64,000 bases of DNA from Azolla caroliniana (Eukaryota; Plantae; Polypodiophyta), in contig JBHGNT010000011.1 in the NCBI GenBank assembly GCA_043228905.1, forward strand, positions 17,608,001-17,672,000, given 5' to 3'. Of this stretch, positions 61,157-64,000 are shown piece after piece (the stretch's first letter is position 1; every line of letters starts with the position of its first letter). The position numbers and the translations under genes are program-made. The notes below the pieces were generated by a model. It saw only the letters and a list, made by a program, of their open reading frames with translations, was not told the origin of the DNA and did not search any database.

Positions 61157-61490
61157 TTTTTTTAGTATCGCTTTTATTACTAGAGGAAACCTCAAACTGA
61201 GGTGAAAACCCACGAAGAATAAAGAGAAGCATACAAGTCACAATTAGACACTAAAGAGCTTAGAAGCACTCAAAGTAAAGAGTGTAAATTTGCAGTGTGA
61301 TGTCTCTAAGTTGCAGCAAATAGAGATTTCCCAAGGGATTGCTTAAAGAAGTCCACTTCATGCATTTGGTTTTGATCAAAAACCTTACTATTGCAAGCCG
61401 ACCAGATGGTCTAGTGTGATGTCTCTAAGTTGGAGACAATTAAACAGAGATTGCCCAAGGAATTGCTTAAAGAAGCTAACTTCATGCATT
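61157..61490 (-). mobile_element. Copy-B-specific insertion starting with a T run, with an internal ~75-bp duplication; probable truncated retroposon
   Basis: Absent from copy A, where ~80 other bases (~7085-7163) lie; GTGTGATGTCTCTAAGTTG...CATGCATTTGGT occurs twice. Confidence 0.5.
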
Positions 61491-64000
61491 TGGTGTTAAT
61501 TATGTTGTAAATAAACAATGTCAAGTTTCATCCATAATATAAATGCCAAGTTTGATCATAATTTCATCAAGTTACATAAGGTTTGAATATTGTCTCTTGT
61601 GCATTTCATGGGCTGAACTATAAAGAACTAGTAGGAAAGAGAGAGAAACAATCAAAATTAATCCATAGAGATGTCCATCCCATCTAAAACATTGAAGCCA
61701 CGAAATAAGAATCGTGGCCATTTAGAAAAGACATTGAAGTAAGAGCCCTTGCAATAAAATCCCATGCAACGACAATGCATGGAGGCCCTTCTCCATTTTA
61801 CAATTTAGCACGCACATGGTCCATAATTACCAATGTCATAACTTTATGTCGAGTGAGGGCCTCATGCTTTTTTTTTCCACCGAATTGTTTCCAACCATAT
61901 ATTTTTTTCAACCCAATGCCAATAACTTTTGATGTTGAAACTATATTTTAAGGAGACACAACTTGCTTATATGGGTGCTATTTAGCACCAATCATACATA
62001 TGGTGGCAACATGAGTAGGTTTAGAATGTTAAACAACAGTTCTAATTCCCCCTTGATTGGGATGGTATTTTGATCAATGGTGAAAAAATGTCATTTAAGG
62101 CATTCTACCTATATATGGCCAAATTTCCCACAAGCCCTACAAACTTATGCCACTTAAGTTGAAACAATACATGTGCAACATCTTGAGAAAAGTTGTGACA
62201 ACTAGTATGTGAAAAAACTAGAACCTAATCATAGCTTAAAAGACGTACACATGATTTGAACAATTTGGTTGCATGATAAAAAGACATACTAATTACATGC
62301 TCCATGATTTTTTTAAGGAGTGTGTCGTCTTTGAATGTTGCACACGAAATTTTTGAAGATCGTAGATGAGCAGAAGACTTGCATTGACTATAGGGGAGGG
62401 TTGCACCACATGTTGAATCAAATTGCCACTAGCTAATGTATGTGTGGGTGTCAATTCTTGACATAAATAAGTTGTATCTATTAAGGAAAATAAAACTTTA
62501 TAGTTGTTGGCATCAAACCATCGGATCTCACCCTGGACGAATGATTTTCATGCCTTTTTATTAGTAAAGAGATCTACATCATCACCTATGTGGACAAAGG
62601 AGTGTTATAATTACCACTCCATAATTAAAGTAACATAGAGGACTTCAATCATTCATTGCTCCTTTGATTAAATATAAATCCAATTATAGAGAAGACAATA
62701 ATGATGACATATTGATTTGGATCATTAATTAGCTTTCATGAAAATATAGATAGCTTTGGTGTGCATAATCACATCTTGCCATACTTTTGGCACCAATGGT
62801 TGATGTGAGATGCATGGGACCCAAACCATTTAGTTGGCATTGTATACAGGGCAGGTGTGTTGTGATAGCAAGCTAATGGTTCACACTCAATTGGAATTCC
62901 TTGTTGAAGGACAACAATTGCAATGATTGGCCCCCATCATGATGAGAATTGGTAACCTTGTTTAATATTCATTAGTATAGAGTGCATGCTAGCTTAGATG
63001 GCAATGGAGTTTGATCCTTTACAAGCCCCTGGAAGTTGGAGAATGCTAAAAAACTATCACTCACTTCCTCCGCCTAATAACGTGAACCCACCTTTACCCC
63101 AAGTCTCTTCTACTGAACATCAATGAAAAGTTGCATAGTTGTTTCCGAGTCACTAAACAATAGGGTTCCACCTTTATCAAAGGTTATAAGGGGGATAACT
63201 ATATGGCAATTGGATGAGGCAACAAACTTTAAAAAGAGATTTTTATCATTAGGATTGAGGGTTGTGAAATACCTAAATTCTTCTTCACTTAGAAACACGT
63301 TTGTTTTTTCTTGTTTCCTTCATAAATTTGCCCAGTCACCTAGATTTCTATCAATATACATTAGTGAGCTCAACTTTCCACACTTTAGAAAAATGATGAA
63401 AAAGCATTACTTTTTTAAAAAGCCAAAGAAGTTGGGATGTATGTGAAAAACAAGATCAAATCCTAAAGTAGTTTTGCACATGCCGACAACTCGTCTTTAC
63501 ATATATTTAACTTTATACGTCATTTCGTGAATGCAAATCAATATTTTACAACATAGTTATCTTATGATGTTAATTGGTGTTGTCTACAGTTATACTAGAT
63601 AGAGTCGAGAAAATGAATATGTGCATGGTTAGGGATAGATATATATTTATGTTTCAAGGTATTATACCAAAATTATTGTTTTTCAATAGAGGATCCAAAA
63701 CATTATGTAAACCATATTTTACATAGCCTAGTAACTTGATCCATAGCTTCGATGAATGTGAGTTCCTTTTCAAATAGAAACATGTAATGAGTTCCAGTTC
63801 CTCGAAGGACCATGAATGTGAACTGCTCGTATTAATTTATCTTGGTTGTCATGTGTTCTTCACATGTCTCACACAACTCATTTTTAAAATGTGCAAACCA
63901 AAACTTTCACTGTGCATTCATGTGAATCTCATCAACTAAGTTGTGTACATGATGAAAATTTTTGGAGGACAAAAAACTTTATCATGATGTGCATTATTTG

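Larger units (their letters stand above)
48737..64000 (+). repeat. Segmental duplication copy B (48737-49619 and 60392-64000); continues past the window end
   Basis: Matches 2688-~4100 joined at ~60720 to ~6620-8368/15089-16421. Confidence 0.92.

Overview
Eukaryotic, AT-rich land-plant nuclear DNA; the TE repertoire suggests a fern or other non-seed plant (inference). Two intron-rich host genes lie on the minus strand: a 3-exon NDUFAF4-like gene (970-4784) and a 13-exon mitochondrial-type solanesyl/polyprenyl diphosphate synthase (35369-48298). Both were reconstructed with GT-AG sites and consistent phases. The rest is a nest of retroelements: a Tcn1/Tf1-like chromovirus with no tRNA PBS and an apparent 11-nt self-priming site (9695-14981) inside a truncated LINE; two inverted copies of one Ty1/copia family (21765-27264 with 2 stops; 50319-55807 intact); an older copia (49620-60391); a decayed gypsy gag-pro; RTE-X fragments in introns; and an L1-clade family with an LADD RT motif that repeatedly sits in (GA)n tracts. 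Sequence 48737-64000 is a diverged direct copy of 2688-16421 that has lost the NDUFAF4-like first exon and promoter. All alignments were done by eye; no searches were run.
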